A DNA stretch of 64,000 bases from Verrucomicrobiota bacterium (GTDB lineage: Bacteria > Verrucomicrobiota > Kiritimatiellia > UBA8416 > SLMC01), in the NCBI GenBank assembly GCA_030018915.1, contig JASEHE010000002.1:3420-67419 (forward strand), read 5' to 3'. Both the position numbers and the translations under genes were made by a program. Below, in pieces: positions 31,708 to 42,165 of this stretch. Position 1 is the stretch's first letter, and every line of letters begins with the position of its first letter. Below the pieces are notes generated by a model. That model searched no databases, was not told the origin of the DNA, and saw only the letters and a program-made list of their open reading frames with translations.

Positions 31708-33263
31708 TACCGCGCATACTCGATGCACCGCGTTTCGCGGATCACCACCACGCGGATTTGCCCCGGGTATTGCAGGCTTTCCTCGATTTTCTTGCTGATG
31801 TCCCGCGCGAGAATGATCGCCGCGTTGTCGTCCAGTTCTTCCGGCTTCACGATCACGCGCACCTCGCGGCCGGCCTGCACGGCGTAGCTCTTCTTTACGC
31901 CTTTGAACTCGCCGGCGATCGCCTCGAGCTTTTCCAGCCGCTTCACGTAGATGTCGGTAGTCTCGGAGCGCGCCCCCGGTCGGGAGCTGGAGATGGCGTC
32001 CGCGGCCGACGCCAGGATCGCGTAGATGCTTTCCGCAGCCACCTCCTCGTGGTGCGCGGCCACCGCGTTGACTACCGTGGAGTCCTCGCGCTGCTTCTTC
32101 AGCAAATCCGCTCCGATCACGGCGTGGCCGCCCTCGACCTCGTGATCGAGCGCCTTGCCGATGTCGTGGAACAGCCCGACGCGTTTGGCCAGCGAGACGT
32201 CCAGGCCTATTTCGCCCGCCATCACGCCCATCAGGTTGGCCACCTCCAGTGAGTGCTGGAGCACGTTCTGGCTGTAGCTCGTGCGGAACTTCAAGCGGCC
32301 GATCATGCGGAGCAAATCCGGGTTCACGTTCTGCGCGCCCGTCTTGAAAACCGCCTCCTCGCCGGCCACCCGAATGATCTCCTGCATGTTCTCCTGGACG
32401 CTCGTCACGACTTCCTCGATCCGCGCCGGGTGTATCCGCCCGTCGGCGATCAGTTGTTCGAGCGACTGCCGCGCCACCTCCCGGCGCACGGGGTCGAATC
32501 CCGAGATCACCACCGCCTCCGGCGTGTCGTCAATCAAGATATTCACGCCCGTCACGGCCTCCAGCGCGCGAATGTTCCGGCCCTCGCGACCGATGATCCG
32601 GCCCTTCACCTCTTCATTGGGCAGCGGGACCGTGCTGGTCATCATCTCGCCGGCATGCGACGCGGCATACCGCTCAATCGCCTGGGCCACGATCTTCTTG
32701 GCCTCCCGCTCGGCCGACTCCTTTGCCTGCTCCTGCATGCGCCGGATCAGCGCGCCCATCTCGCCGCGCGCCTCCTTCTCCATGCGCGCAAGCAGCAGTT
32801 TCCGCGCCTCTTCCTGGGTCATCCCGGCCACTTGCTGAAGCTTGTCGCGCTCCTCCGCAACCAGCTTGTCCAATTGCTCCTTCCGCTGCCGCAGCTCTGC
32901 GGCCTGTTGGTCCGCTCGCGCGATCTTTTCCTCGAGGGTCTGTTCCTTCTTGTCGATCATCGCCACCTTGCGGTCCAGGTTCTGTTCCCGCTGGACCAGG
33001 CGCTCTTCCGTCTGTTCGAACTCCTTGCGCCGCGCCTTGGTCGTCGCCTCGAACTCCTCCTTTGCTTTCAACACTTCGGCCCTGGCCTGGACCTGGCCCT
33101 CTCTGCGGACGGCCTCGGCCTGGGCCTGCGCCTCCCGCAGCGCCCGGCGCGCCTCGTTCTCGAGGGAACCCGTTTGCCGACGCGACTGAGCCATCCGGAC
33201 GTAGTAGCCTGCGCCGCCACCGGCCAACAGGGCCAGAAACCCCGCCACGATTGCCGCTGTCAT
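31707..33263 (-). CDS. rny: ribonuclease Y
   Basis: N-terminal TM helix, coiled coil, KH domain (GRIIGREGRNIRALE) and HD domain (HSLEVANL...HDIGK). Confidence 0.9.
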   Translation of the reverse strand: MTAAIVAGFLALLAGGGAGYYVRMAQSRRQTGSLENEARRALREAQAQAEAVRREGQVQARAEVLKAKEEFEATTKARRKEFEQTEERLVQREQNLDRKVAMIDKKEQTLEEKIARADQQAAELRQRKEQLDKLVAEERDKLQQVAGMTQEEARKLLLARMEKEARGEMGALIRRMQEQAKESAEREAKKIVAQAIERYAASHAGEMMTSTVPLPNEEVKGRIIGREGRNIRALEAVTGVNILIDDTPEAVVISGFDPVRREVARQSLEQLIADGRIHPARIEEVVTSVQENMQEIIRVAGEEAVFKTGAQNVNPDLLRMIGRLKFRTSYSQNVLQHSLEVANLMGVMAGEIGLDVSLAKRVGLFHDIGKALDHEVEGGHAVIGADLLKKQREDSTVVNAVAAHHEEVAAESIYAILASAADAISSSRPGARSETTDIYVKRLEKLEAIAGEFKGVKKSYAVQAGREVRVIVKPEELDDNAAIILARDISKKIEESLQYPGQIRVVVIRETRCIEYAR

Positions 33264-33296
33264 GAATCGTCTCCTCCGGATTCGGAGAACCCGGCG

Positions 33297-33905
33297 TCAT
33301 TCCGCTCGCGGAAAACGCCGGGTCCGTCCCGGAATCCGCCTGATGATTCGTTCGTTCGTTACGATCACATCCATCCCGACATCCTTCTCGGTGGCCGGCA
33401 CACGGGGCGCCACCTGGAACTCGAACGCGACGCCCACGCGGATTCCGATCTGCCGCCCGCGCAGCAGGTTGTCGTAGTGGCCCCCGCCATGACCCAGCCG
33501 CGTTCCGGCGGCGTCGAACGCCAGACCGGGCGCCAGAATCACGTCCACGCGATCTTCCTCGGCGATCCAATCGCGGTCGGCTGGCTCGGGCGCCCGCCGG
33601 CGCCCCGTTACAATCTTCTCGCCCGGCTTGAGCCACGCGAGCTCGTATTGCCCGGTTTCTTCGCAGAACGCCGGGACGCACAGCCGCTTGCCGACCGCCC
33701 GGCACTGTACGATCACCTCGCCGGTGTCCGCCTCGCCCGGCATCGGCAGGTAGCACCCGACCGCGCGGGCAGCGTCGAACTCCGGAAGTTCGAAGATTCT
33801 CCGGCAGACCAATATGCTCTGCGCCTTCACCCAGGTTTCATCGAGTTCCTGCCGGCGCGTCCGGACCCAGACCCGCAGCGCGTCTTTCTTCCGTTGCGCG
33901 TTCAT
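33297..33905 (-). CDS. 5-formyltetrahydrofolate cyclo-ligase
   Basis: YLPMPGEADT and GLAFDAAGTRLGHGGGHYD motifs. Confidence 0.8.
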   Translation of the reverse strand: MNAQRKKDALRVWVRTRRQELDETWVKAQSILVCRRIFELPEFDAARAVGCYLPMPGEADTGEVIVQCRAVGKRLCVPAFCEETGQYELAWLKPGEKIVTGRRRAPEPADRDWIAEEDRVDVILAPGLAFDAAGTRLGHGGGHYDNLLRGRQIGIRVGVAFEFQVAPRVPATEKDVGMDVIVTNERIIRRIPGRTRRFPRAE

Positions 33906-35248
33906 GCTTCCCCTGTTCCGCCGGACCCGCCGGCGCGCGATTCCCATTGTTTCATCCGCTTCAGAATCACATCTTCGTAGCCCTGGCCGTCCGGCTCGTA
34001 GTAGCGATTGGCCGTCGGCGCGTATTTCTGCTCGACGAAATGATCCGGATGATCGTGCGGATAGACGTATGCGTCTTCGCCCGGGGCGCGCTGCTCCCCG
34101 GCGGTTCGGACCTTGACATTGCGCAGATGCCGCGGGACCTCCAGCGTCCGTCCCGCCTCCACGTCCGCCAGGGCCCGGTCGATCGCCCGGTACGCCGCGT
34201 TGCTCTTCGACGCCGTGGCGAGGTACGTCGCCGCCTGCGCCAGGACGATCCGCGCCTCCGGCATGCCCACGAACTCGACCGCCTTCATGGCCGAGACCGC
34301 CACCGCCAGGCCACGCGGGTCCGCGTTGCCGATATCCTCGGAGGCCAGGATCACGAGGCGACGCGCGACGAAGCGCGGGTCCTCCCCGGCGTAGAGCATC
34401 TTGGCCAGCCAGTAGATCGCAGCGTGCGGGTCAGAGCCGCGCACGCTCTTGATGAACGCCGAAATCGTGTCGTAATGCCCGTCCTCGTCGTGGTCGTAGA
34501 GCACCGCTTTCTTCTGAATCGAGTCCTCCACGACCGCGCGGGTCACGCGCGCTGCCCCGCCCTCGTCCAACGGCGCGGTCAGCACGGCGATCTCCAGCGC
34601 GTTGAGCGCGCGACGCCCGTCGCCTTCGCACATGGCCGCCAGGCGGCTCAAGGCGTCATCGTCCACGCGGGCCTTCATGGGCGCCAGCCCGCGCGAATCC
34701 GCCAGCGCGCGCCGCAGCAACGCAAGGATGTCGGCCTCGGCAAGCGCCTTCATCTCGAAGATCAGCGAACGGGAGTTCAGCGGGCCGTTGATGAAAAACA
34801 GCGGGTTGTGTGTCGTGGCCCCGATCAACACAACCACCCCCTGTTCCACGTCGGGCAGAAGAACGTCCTGCTGGGATTTGCTGAACCGGTGAATCTCGTC
34901 AATGAACAGGATCGTCTCCAGCCCGTCGCGATCCCGGCGGAGCCGGCTCTGATGGAGAAATTCCCTGAGAACGGCCACATTGGCTGTGGCGCCGCTGGTT
35001 CGCTCGAACCGCCGCCGGGTCACGGCGGCAATGACCCCGGCCAGCGACGTCTTGCCGCAGCCTGGCGGCCCGAACAGGATCAGACTGGTGAGTCGGTCGG
35101 CCTCGACGGCGCGGCGCAGGAGCCTGCCCGGCCCTAGAATGTGGCCCTGGCCGACCAGGTCCTCCAGGCGGCGGGGACGCATGCGGACGGCAAGCGGCGG
35201 ACAACGGCCGGCCGTCGGGGCGGCGGTTTTCCGGGCAAAGAGGTCCAT
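33902..35248 (-). CDS. rarA: replication-associated recombination protein A (AAA+ ATPase)
   Basis: GPPGCGKTSLA Walker A and MgsA/RarA C-terminal region. Confidence 0.9.
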   Translation of the reverse strand: MDLFARKTAAPTAGRCPPLAVRMRPRRLEDLVGQGHILGPGRLLRRAVEADRLTSLILFGPPGCGKTSLAGVIAAVTRRRFERTSGATANVAVLREFLHQSRLRRDRDGLETILFIDEIHRFSKSQQDVLLPDVEQGVVVLIGATTHNPLFFINGPLNSRSLIFEMKALAEADILALLRRALADSRGLAPMKARVDDDALSRLAAMCEGDGRRALNALEIAVLTAPLDEGGAARVTRAVVEDSIQKKAVLYDHDEDGHYDTISAFIKSVRGSDPHAAIYWLAKMLYAGEDPRFVARRLVILASEDIGNADPRGLAVAVSAMKAVEFVGMPEARIVLAQAATYLATASKSNAAYRAIDRALADVEAGRTLEVPRHLRNVKVRTAGEQRAPGEDAYVYPHDHPDHFVEQKYAPTANRYYEPDGQGYEDVILKRMKQWESRAGGSGGTGEA

Positions 35249-35700
35249 AAAGCAAATACCCCGCCGATGTCGTAGAGGGCTTGCATCTCTAGACCTCGTA
35301 GCGAACGAGGTGGGTGCTGTTTATCCGGCGGTTTCTGAGTCCCCGAAGGGGCGTTCAGACGCCGCCGTGTTCAAGCTCCCGTAGTTGACTTGTCAGGTCA
35401 GAGATTTTTGCCCATTAGCGAACACGGCAGGGTACTTGTTCTTTAGCCCTGCGGATTCCGGCCTACCGAAACCGGCTCTTCCAAACGAACCAACCATCCC
35501 CATCCGGCGATTCCCCTCGGACATTCGCGGAAGCGCAGTCCCATTGTTCCCGGCACGGCCAATCGGAACGGCGGCGGCAACCACGAGCTGCCGCACAACG
35601 CCCGAATCATCGTTCTCAGACACTCACACATGGGTTGTTTCAACTCTCACCTTGTTCGCTCGACATCCGTTCCTTCGTTGTTTTTCCGTTCGGTAAACCG

Positions 35701-38106
35701 CTACTTGTCTCGAATTTCAACACCCAGTTCGCTCGTCAGCGCGTTCTTAACGACCGCGTGATACCGACTGGCATCCTCGTCCGTCAATGTTCGCTCGGCC
35801 GAACAATACACCAAGGAATAGGCGAGGCTGCGATAGCCCTTCCTTATTCCTTCGCCGCTGAAGATATCAAATAACTCGACGCTTGTCAACTCCGGCGGCG
35901 CGTGCCGCCGGATCACGCGCGCAATCGCCTCGTTCGTCAAGTTCGCCGGCGCCACGAGCGCCACGTCGCGCGTCACCGATGGAAAAGCGGGGACCGGCTT
36001 CAGCTCCGGTGCGCCGAACGCGCGCGCCAGCAGCGGCGCCAGCGACATTTCCGCAATGGCCACCGGACCGTTCATCCGGTATTCGGCGCCGAGCGACGCC
36101 CTGAGCAACCCCGCGACGCCGGCCGGCGCCTCGCCGACGATCACGGCAACCGTTCGGCCGAGCTCCAGGGCCGGGTGCTCGAACGGCGCGAACGCGAGAT
36201 CGTTCACGCGCTGAACGCGGGCGATCTGCTCCAGAATGCCCTTCAGCCACAGAAATGACTCCTGGGCCTGCGCCGGCTTCCGAGCGTCCAACGCGGTCCG
36301 GCCCGGCGCGCCCATGAGCCCCAGCGCCAGCCGTTCCTCTTCATGGATCACGCCGCTGTCATCCCGCAGAAAGACACGCCCGGTCTCGAAAAAAGCGGCA
36401 TGCTCCACCTGGCGGAACCGGTTCCGGCCCAGCGTGTCCGCCATCTGCGGGATCAGCGAGTCCCGCATGACCGCGTAGTCCGCGCTCACCGGATTGGGCA
36501 GCGCCACGCGGCGGGCCGTCTCGCCCGGCGTGAACCGATCGAGCAGCTCCGCCGGGAGAAAACTGTAGTTCATGATCTCGGTCAGGCCCAGCCCAACAAG
36601 GTTCGACCGGCAGCGTATGAGGGCCTGCGCAGGCGCGTCCGACGCGTCCGGCGCCACCAGCGCCGACGGCGTCAGTGTCGGCGCCTTGTCCAGCCCGTTC
36701 ACACGGACCACCTCCTCGATCAAGTCCGCCTCGATCTCCAAGTCCGGCCGGAAGCTCGGCGCCAGGACGACGCATGATTCCGCGTCACGCGACACCACCG
36801 GCAGGTCCAGCGATTCCAGGATGGACACCACGCGATCGTCAGGCGTCTCCACGCCGTAGAGCGCCCGCACGCGTCCATAGCGGCACCGGATCGCGCGCTC
36901 GGCCTGCGGATTCGGGTAGGCGTCAATCACGCCACGGGCCGCCGTGGCGCCGGCCAGCTCCGTCATCAGGGCCGCTGCCCGGCGGCTGCACCACTCGACT
37001 CGCGCCACGTCCACGCCGCGCTCGTACCGATACGACGATTCGGTGGACAGCGCGAGCGCCAGCGACGCGCGATGCAAGCGCAGCGGGTCGAACGTCGCCG
37101 CCTCGAGGAGAACGCGCGTCGTTGCCGGCCGAATCCCGCTGCCGGCCCCGCCCATGACCCCGCCCACGGCCACCGCCTTGCGCGGGTCCGCGATCAACGT
37201 CATGTCCGGCGTGAGGCAGCGCGGCGCGCCGTCGAGCGTGGCCATCGTCTCGCCCGGCCGGGCCCGTCGCACGATGATGTGATGGTCGGCGAGGAGATCG
37301 TAGTCGAACGCGTGCAATGGCTGCCCGCACTCGATCAGAACGTAGTTGGTGATGTCCACGATGTTGTTGATGGCCCGCGCGCCGCACAGCGAGAGGCGGC
37401 GGCGCATCCACAACGGAGCCGGCGCCTGCTTCACGTCCCACAGCACCCGCGCCGTGTACCGCAGGCAGCCTTGCGCGTCTTCCAGCGTGACCTTCGCCAG
37501 CTCCTCCACCGGCCGGCCATCCTCGCGGAAAACCACGGACGGCAGCTTTACCTTCCCTCCGAACAGGGCAGCCACCTCGCGGGCAATCCCGATGATGCTC
37601 AGGCAGTCGGGCCGGTTCCACGTCACCTCGACGTCCAGCACGGTTTCCGGCGGGCCCAGCGCCTCGGCCAGTGGAGCGCCCGCCGGCGTCTCGCGCGGCA
37701 GAAGCAGAAGCCCGGAGTGGTCGTCTGACAGACCGAGTTCGTCCTCCGCGCAAAGCATCCCCTCGGACTCCACGCCGCGGATCTCGGTCGCGCCGATCGC
37801 CCGGCCGCCCGGCAGCCGGCAGCCGGCCGGCGCGAACGGCGCTTTGTCGCCCACCGCGAAGTTGCGCGCGCCGCAGACAACCCGGACCACGCGCCGGCCG
37901 TCCTTGACCCGGCACACGAGCAGGTCGTCCGCGTCCGGATGCGGCGCCGTTTCGACAATTTCCGCCACTACAATCCCATCGAACGACGAGCCCACTGTGC
38001 GGATGGCGGCGACCTCTGTGCCGGAAAAGGTGAGCCGCCGCGCCAGTTCCTCCGGCGGCGCGTCAACGTCCACATAGTCCTTCAACCAACTGAGCGGCAC
38101 GTTCAT
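35701..38106 (-). CDS. pheT: phenylalanyl-tRNA synthetase beta subunit
   Basis: 801 aa; MNVPLSWLKDYVD N-terminus and B3/4 domains. Confidence 0.95.
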   Translation of the reverse strand: MNVPLSWLKDYVDVDAPPEELARRLTFSGTEVAAIRTVGSSFDGIVVAEIVETAPHPDADDLLVCRVKDGRRVVRVVCGARNFAVGDKAPFAPAGCRLPGGRAIGATEIRGVESEGMLCAEDELGLSDDHSGLLLLPRETPAGAPLAEALGPPETVLDVEVTWNRPDCLSIIGIAREVAALFGGKVKLPSVVFREDGRPVEELAKVTLEDAQGCLRYTARVLWDVKQAPAPLWMRRRLSLCGARAINNIVDITNYVLIECGQPLHAFDYDLLADHHIIVRRARPGETMATLDGAPRCLTPDMTLIADPRKAVAVGGVMGGAGSGIRPATTRVLLEAATFDPLRLHRASLALALSTESSYRYERGVDVARVEWCSRRAAALMTELAGATAARGVIDAYPNPQAERAIRCRYGRVRALYGVETPDDRVVSILESLDLPVVSRDAESCVVLAPSFRPDLEIEADLIEEVVRVNGLDKAPTLTPSALVAPDASDAPAQALIRCRSNLVGLGLTEIMNYSFLPAELLDRFTPGETARRVALPNPVSADYAVMRDSLIPQMADTLGRNRFRQVEHAAFFETGRVFLRDDSGVIHEEERLALGLMGAPGRTALDARKPAQAQESFLWLKGILEQIARVQRVNDLAFAPFEHPALELGRTVAVIVGEAPAGVAGLLRASLGAEYRMNGPVAIAEMSLAPLLARAFGAPELKPVPAFPSVTRDVALVAPANLTNEAIARVIRRHAPPELTSVELFDIFSGEGIRKGYRSLAYSLVYCSAERTLTDEDASRYHAVVKNALTSELGVEIRDK

Positions 38107-39116
38107 GCGAACTGCTCCAGAAAGCGCAGGTCGTTCTCGTAGAGCACCCGGATGTCGCCCAGCCCGTACTTCACCATGGCGACGCGCTCAACGCCGAACC
38201 CCCAGGCATAGCCGGTGAACTCCTCCGGATCGTACCCCACGAACTCGAACACGCGCGGGTCCACCATGCCGGCGCCGGCGATCTCGATCCAGCCGCTCGA
38301 CTTGCAGACGCGGCAGCCCGCGCCCCCGCACACATGGCAGGAAAAATCGCACTCCACGCTGGGCTCGGTGAAGGGAAAGAAATGCGGGCGGAACCGCACC
38401 TTGACCGCCGGGCCCATCAACTCCCGCGCGAAATAGGCCATCGTGCCCTTGAGATCGGCCAGCGAAACGCCACGGTCCACGTAGAGCCCCTCGATCTGGT
38501 GGAAGTTGGCGCCGTGCGTGGCGTCTGTCGTGTCGCGCCGGTAGCAGCGACCCGGCGTAATGACGCGCACGGGCGGCGGGCGGCTTTTCATCACGCGAAT
38601 CTGCACCGGCGAGGTTTGCGTCCGCAGGCACTCGCCGGTCTCAAGCCAGAACGTGTCCCGCGGATCGAGCGACGGATGGCGCTCCGGCGTGTTGAGCGCG
38701 TCGAAGTTGTTGTGCTTCGTCTCTACGTCCGGACCGTCGGCCACGGTAAAACCAATGCGGGCGCAGATTCGAGTGACGTCCTCGATCACGCGCGAAATCA
38801 GGTGCATGGCGCCAGGCCGATGCCAGAGGCCCGGCAGCGTCGGATCGAACGGCTCCCGCGCCGGGCCGGCGGCGCCGAGTTCGGCGCCGCGCTGCTCGAT
38901 CGCCTCGCCCACCCGGCTCTTCAGCTCGTTGGCTTCCAGGCCGGCTGCGGCGCGATTCTGCTCTGGCAGGTCTTTCAGCCCCTTCATGATCTGGGGCAGC
39001 AGCCCTTTCCGGCCCAGGTACTTCACTCGGACCGCTTCCAGGGCGCGAAGCGTTTCCGCGACCCGTATTTCGGCCAACGCTTCGTCTCGTGTCCGCGCGA
39101 TCTCGGCGCTTGTCAT
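38103..39116 (-). CDS. pheS: phenylalanyl-tRNA synthetase alpha subunit
   Basis: Class II motifs; FRPHFFPFTEPS. Confidence 0.95.
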   Translation of the reverse strand: MTSAEIARTRDEALAEIRVAETLRALEAVRVKYLGRKGLLPQIMKGLKDLPEQNRAAAGLEANELKSRVGEAIEQRGAELGAAGPAREPFDPTLPGLWHRPGAMHLISRVIEDVTRICARIGFTVADGPDVETKHNNFDALNTPERHPSLDPRDTFWLETGECLRTQTSPVQIRVMKSRPPPVRVITPGRCYRRDTTDATHGANFHQIEGLYVDRGVSLADLKGTMAYFARELMGPAVKVRFRPHFFPFTEPSVECDFSCHVCGGAGCRVCKSSGWIEIAGAGMVDPRVFEFVGYDPEEFTGYAWGFGVERVAMVKYGLGDIRVLYENDLRFLEQFA

Positions 39117-39398
39117 GATTGGAACTTGCCGTTTTTTTCGGAAGAAGCCAAGTCTGAGCGCAAACGGAATAATTGATGGAGGATACAGGGACTTTGGTCA
39201 AGATGAATGATGGATGGAGAAGGCGCTGTTTTTCGAGTGGACCTTTTCCTTGTTGCGTTCGGGTTAGGAGCAGGCTACGCTTCTGTCGGTCTGCGGCTGC
39301 GGCAGCGCCATGGTGGAATCTGCCGGAATCGCCGCATCGGAACATTCACTCTTGTTCGCGCGTCCAATGGGGTAACAAGGAGTTTTCCGGCGGACGAA

Positions 39399-41357
39399 AT
39401 GACGCCACTCATGAACGCTCCGCAACTCGAAGGCTACCAACTGCTCGAGCAGATCGGAGAAGGAGGGATGGGGGGCGTCTACAAGGCCCGCCAACTCTCG
39501 CTGGGCCGCATGGTTGCCGTCAAGATTCTGCCTGCTGACGCCGCCGCCAGTCCCGAGGACGTCCGGCGATTCTATCAAGAGGCCCAACTTGCCGCCCAAC
39601 TCCGGCATCCCGGCATTATCCAGGTATTCGATTTCAACGTTGTCAACAACTGCTACTACTTCGTGATGGAACTGGTCGAGGGCCAGACGGTCGCCGAATG
39701 GCTGTGCCGCTGCCAGGCCATTCCCGTCAGCGATGCCCTGGCCGTCGCCGAGTGCGTGGCTGACGCGTTGAAGCACGCCTGGGACAGAGGCCGCATCATC
39801 CACTGCGACGTCAAACCGGACAACATCATGCTCGATTCCGAGGGCACGATCCGGGTCGCGGATCTCGGCCTGGCCCGCGCGGCCGGCAGCATCACTCATA
39901 CCTCGCGCGATCGGGAAGTGCTCGGCACGCCGTGGTATATGTCGCCCGAACAGGTGGAAGGCCGGGCCGACCTGGATTGCCGCGCCGACATCTATTCCCT
40001 GGGCGCCACGCTCTACCAAATGGTCACGGGGCGCATGCTGTTTCACGGCCATTCGGCCAACGAGGCAATGGACCTGCAAATCACCCACGCCGTGGCGGCG
40101 CCCATCGAGCTGAGTTCGGGCATCCCAAAGGGGGTTTGCAGCCTGATCGAGAAGATGCTGGCCAAGAACCGCGATCTGCGGCATGCGGACTGGGACGCGG
40201 TGCTCGTGGACATTCGACGGGTCCGGAAGGGACTCCTGCCCCAACGTCCCCTAACCGCCGAGAACGCCAGCACGGTCCGGCGAAGCCTGTTCCCGCGGAC
40301 AAATCGCGCGGCCACCATCGCTCGGCCGGCGCCGCGCCACGCCGCGCAGGCCGTGAAAATCGGCGTCGCCGGCGGGATTGTCGCGCTGGGGATCGTCCTG
40401 TGGATGGGAGGCCGAGCGCTCGTTCGCCCGCGGCGCCAGGAAGCCTTGCCGCCGCCTAAGCCACAGGCACAGGCCTTGTCGCAGGCCGAGCAATTGTTCG
40501 CCTCGGCCGACGCATGGGCAGCCGCCCACCACGACCGGTACGACGAAGCTCTGGCGCGCTTCCGCCAGATTCTTCCCCAGTTGAAGGGGACAGCATGCGA
40601 AACGGCGGCCGGACAGCGCATCGCCGCGCTTGAACAGGGCAAAGAAATCAGCAATGTGCTCGCCGCGTTGCGGGAGGAGGCGGCTTCGTTCGCCGCCAGG
40701 GAGCAGTTCCACGCGGCAGCGACCCTGTTCCAGAACTACAGCGGCCGGTTCGCCGCGGAAACCGAATCCGAACGCAAAAAAGCGGTCGCCGAGTATCACG
40801 ATCGGGAAACGCGGCGGCTGGCGTCCGTCGGTGATTTCGACGGGCTCCTGGACAAGATCGCCGCCGCTGTGGTCGCCAAAGGGCTTCCGGCGGCCCGGGA
40901 CGCGGCGGCGCAGGCTCTGCTCGAGCCCCGGCCTGATTCGCTCCAGCGCGCGCTCGCTGCCGTGAAATCCGTGCTGGAGGACGCTTGCGCCATAGATAAA
41001 CGCGTCCTGGCCAGCTTCCAAGCCCAGGTCGGGAGGGAGATCGTGGTGGACCTGGCCGACGGCCGCGCCGTGCTCGAAGTGCTTCGCGTGGAGAACGGGC
41101 AAGTGGTTTGCCGCGAGGCGGGCGGCGGCGCGTCCGCAAAGGACCGAGTGATCGCGGCGCCTGCGCGCGATCTGGCCATGCACGAACGCCTGCGAAGGAT
41201 GGGCCCGAACACCCTCCCGGAAGTGGCGCTGGCTAAGGGGATGCTGGCGCTGGAGCATGGCGCCGCGGCCAAGGCCCGGGAGTATCTGGAAAAAACGGAC
41301 GCGTCGCTCGCGCCCCGGCTTGTCAGCGCGGCGGCGAGGGAAGAAGAGAAGCCATGA
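39399..41357 (+). CDS. Hanks-type Ser/Thr protein kinase with TM helix and C-terminal extracytoplasmic domain
   Basis: GEGGMGGVYKA, HCDVKPDNIM and GTPWYMSPE motifs. AAGGAG RBS 17 nt upstream of the internal ATG; the ORF-track upstream extension was rejected. Confidence 0.85.
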   Translation: MTPLMNAPQLEGYQLLEQIGEGGMGGVYKARQLSLGRMVAVKILPADAAASPEDVRRFYQEAQLAAQLRHPGIIQVFDFNVVNNCYYFVMELVEGQTVAEWLCRCQAIPVSDALAVAECVADALKHAWDRGRIIHCDVKPDNIMLDSEGTIRVADLGLARAAGSITHTSRDREVLGTPWYMSPEQVEGRADLDCRADIYSLGATLYQMVTGRMLFHGHSANEAMDLQITHAVAAPIELSSGIPKGVCSLIEKMLAKNRDLRHADWDAVLVDIRRVRKGLLPQRPLTAENASTVRRSLFPRTNRAATIARPAPRHAAQAVKIGVAGGIVALGIVLWMGGRALVRPRRQEALPPPKPQAQALSQAEQLFASADAWAAAHHDRYDEALARFRQILPQLKGTACETAAGQRIAALEQGKEISNVLAALREEAASFAAREQFHAAATLFQNYSGRFAAETESERKKAVAEYHDRETRRLASVGDFDGLLDKIAAAVVAKGLPAARDAAAQALLEPRPDSLQRALAAVKSVLEDACAIDKRVLASFQAQVGREIVVDLADGRAVLEVLRVENGQVVCREAGGGASAKDRVIAAPARDLAMHERLRRMGPNTLPEVALAKGMLALEHGAAAKAREYLEKTDASLAPRLVSAAAREEEKP

Positions 41358-42130
41358 AAAGAATGCCGGCATTCTTCGGCGCCTGCTTGGTCGCTGTCGC
41401 CCTCGCGCGGGCCGCGCCGTACACCGCCGACACACTCGACACCCACGCCACTACCTATAACAAACACGCCGCGGAAATCGAATCCGCGTGCCGGACGCGG
41501 CTGGCAGCCATCCCCGATCAATACGCCAAGACCCTGGCCGAACTGGAGGCGACGCTCATCCGGAATGGCGACCTGGAGGGGGTTCAGGCGGCGCGCAAAG
41601 AGAAATCCCGGTTCGAAAAAGACCGCGACATCCCGGAAAACACGCCGTCCGGCACGCGGCCGGAGATTGGCGATATTCAGGCGCGCTTCCGCAAAGCCCT
41701 GACAGACGCCCTGACCGACAAGCACAGCCGCCTGGCCGAGTTGACGCGGCTCTACCTGGACCGGTTGGACGCCTCGCAGGCCAGCCTGACGGTTCAGAAC
41801 AAAATCGAGGAAGCAATCAAGGTCCGCGCTGAAATCAAGAAGGCGACGTTCCTGCTGGCAGACGCGCTCTCGTATCTCGATCCACCCAGCGTCCCCGAGA
41901 AACCCTCGACGCCGACCGCCCCCTGCCGCCACTGCGGCGGCAAGGGGTATTTGGAGGAAGATTGCCCGATGTGCAAAGGCAAGACGATCTGCCCTGGATG
42001 CAACGGCTCAGGCAAGGATCTGAGCCGGCCCACGATTCGTCACGCCCTGTGCCGCGGCTCGGGCAAGTGCCCAAAGTGTTTCGGCAAAGGCAAACTGAAA
42101 ACCACCTGCCCTGTCTGCGCGACGCCGTAA
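41354..42130 (+). CDS. secreted protein with C-terminal DnaJ-type zinc finger (four CxxCxGxG repeats)
   Basis: Signal peptide MKRMPAFFGACLVAVALARA; CRHCGGKG, CPMCKGKTICPGCNGSGK, CRGSGKCPKCFGKGK, CPVC. ATGA overlap with the kinase stop. Confidence 0.6.
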   Translation: MKRMPAFFGACLVAVALARAAPYTADTLDTHATTYNKHAAEIESACRTRLAAIPDQYAKTLAELEATLIRNGDLEGVQAARKEKSRFEKDRDIPENTPSGTRPEIGDIQARFRKALTDALTDKHSRLAELTRLYLDRLDASQASLTVQNKIEEAIKVRAEIKKATFLLADALSYLDPPSVPEKPSTPTAPCRHCGGKGYLEEDCPMCKGKTICPGCNGSGKDLSRPTIRHALCRGSGKCPKCFGKGKLKTTCPVCATP

Positions 42131-42165
42131 GGCGAGCGGCTTCACCACGGCAACCGGCGCGCGTT

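Noticed and set aside
32253-33980. 575-aa plus-strand ORF and other large antisense ORFs (8863-10077, 36923-37915, 40251-41435, 43771-45846, 47167-49833, 62771-63817)
   Set aside because: All lie opposite well-supported genes and translate to Arg/Pro/Gly-rich nonsense.
35290-35415. Confident SRP RNA (ffs) call
   Set aside because: The 5' GUGCUGUUUAYCC block is suggestive, but the apex is not a GNRA tetraloop and the 3' AGCA motif is absent. Kept only as a low-confidence finding.
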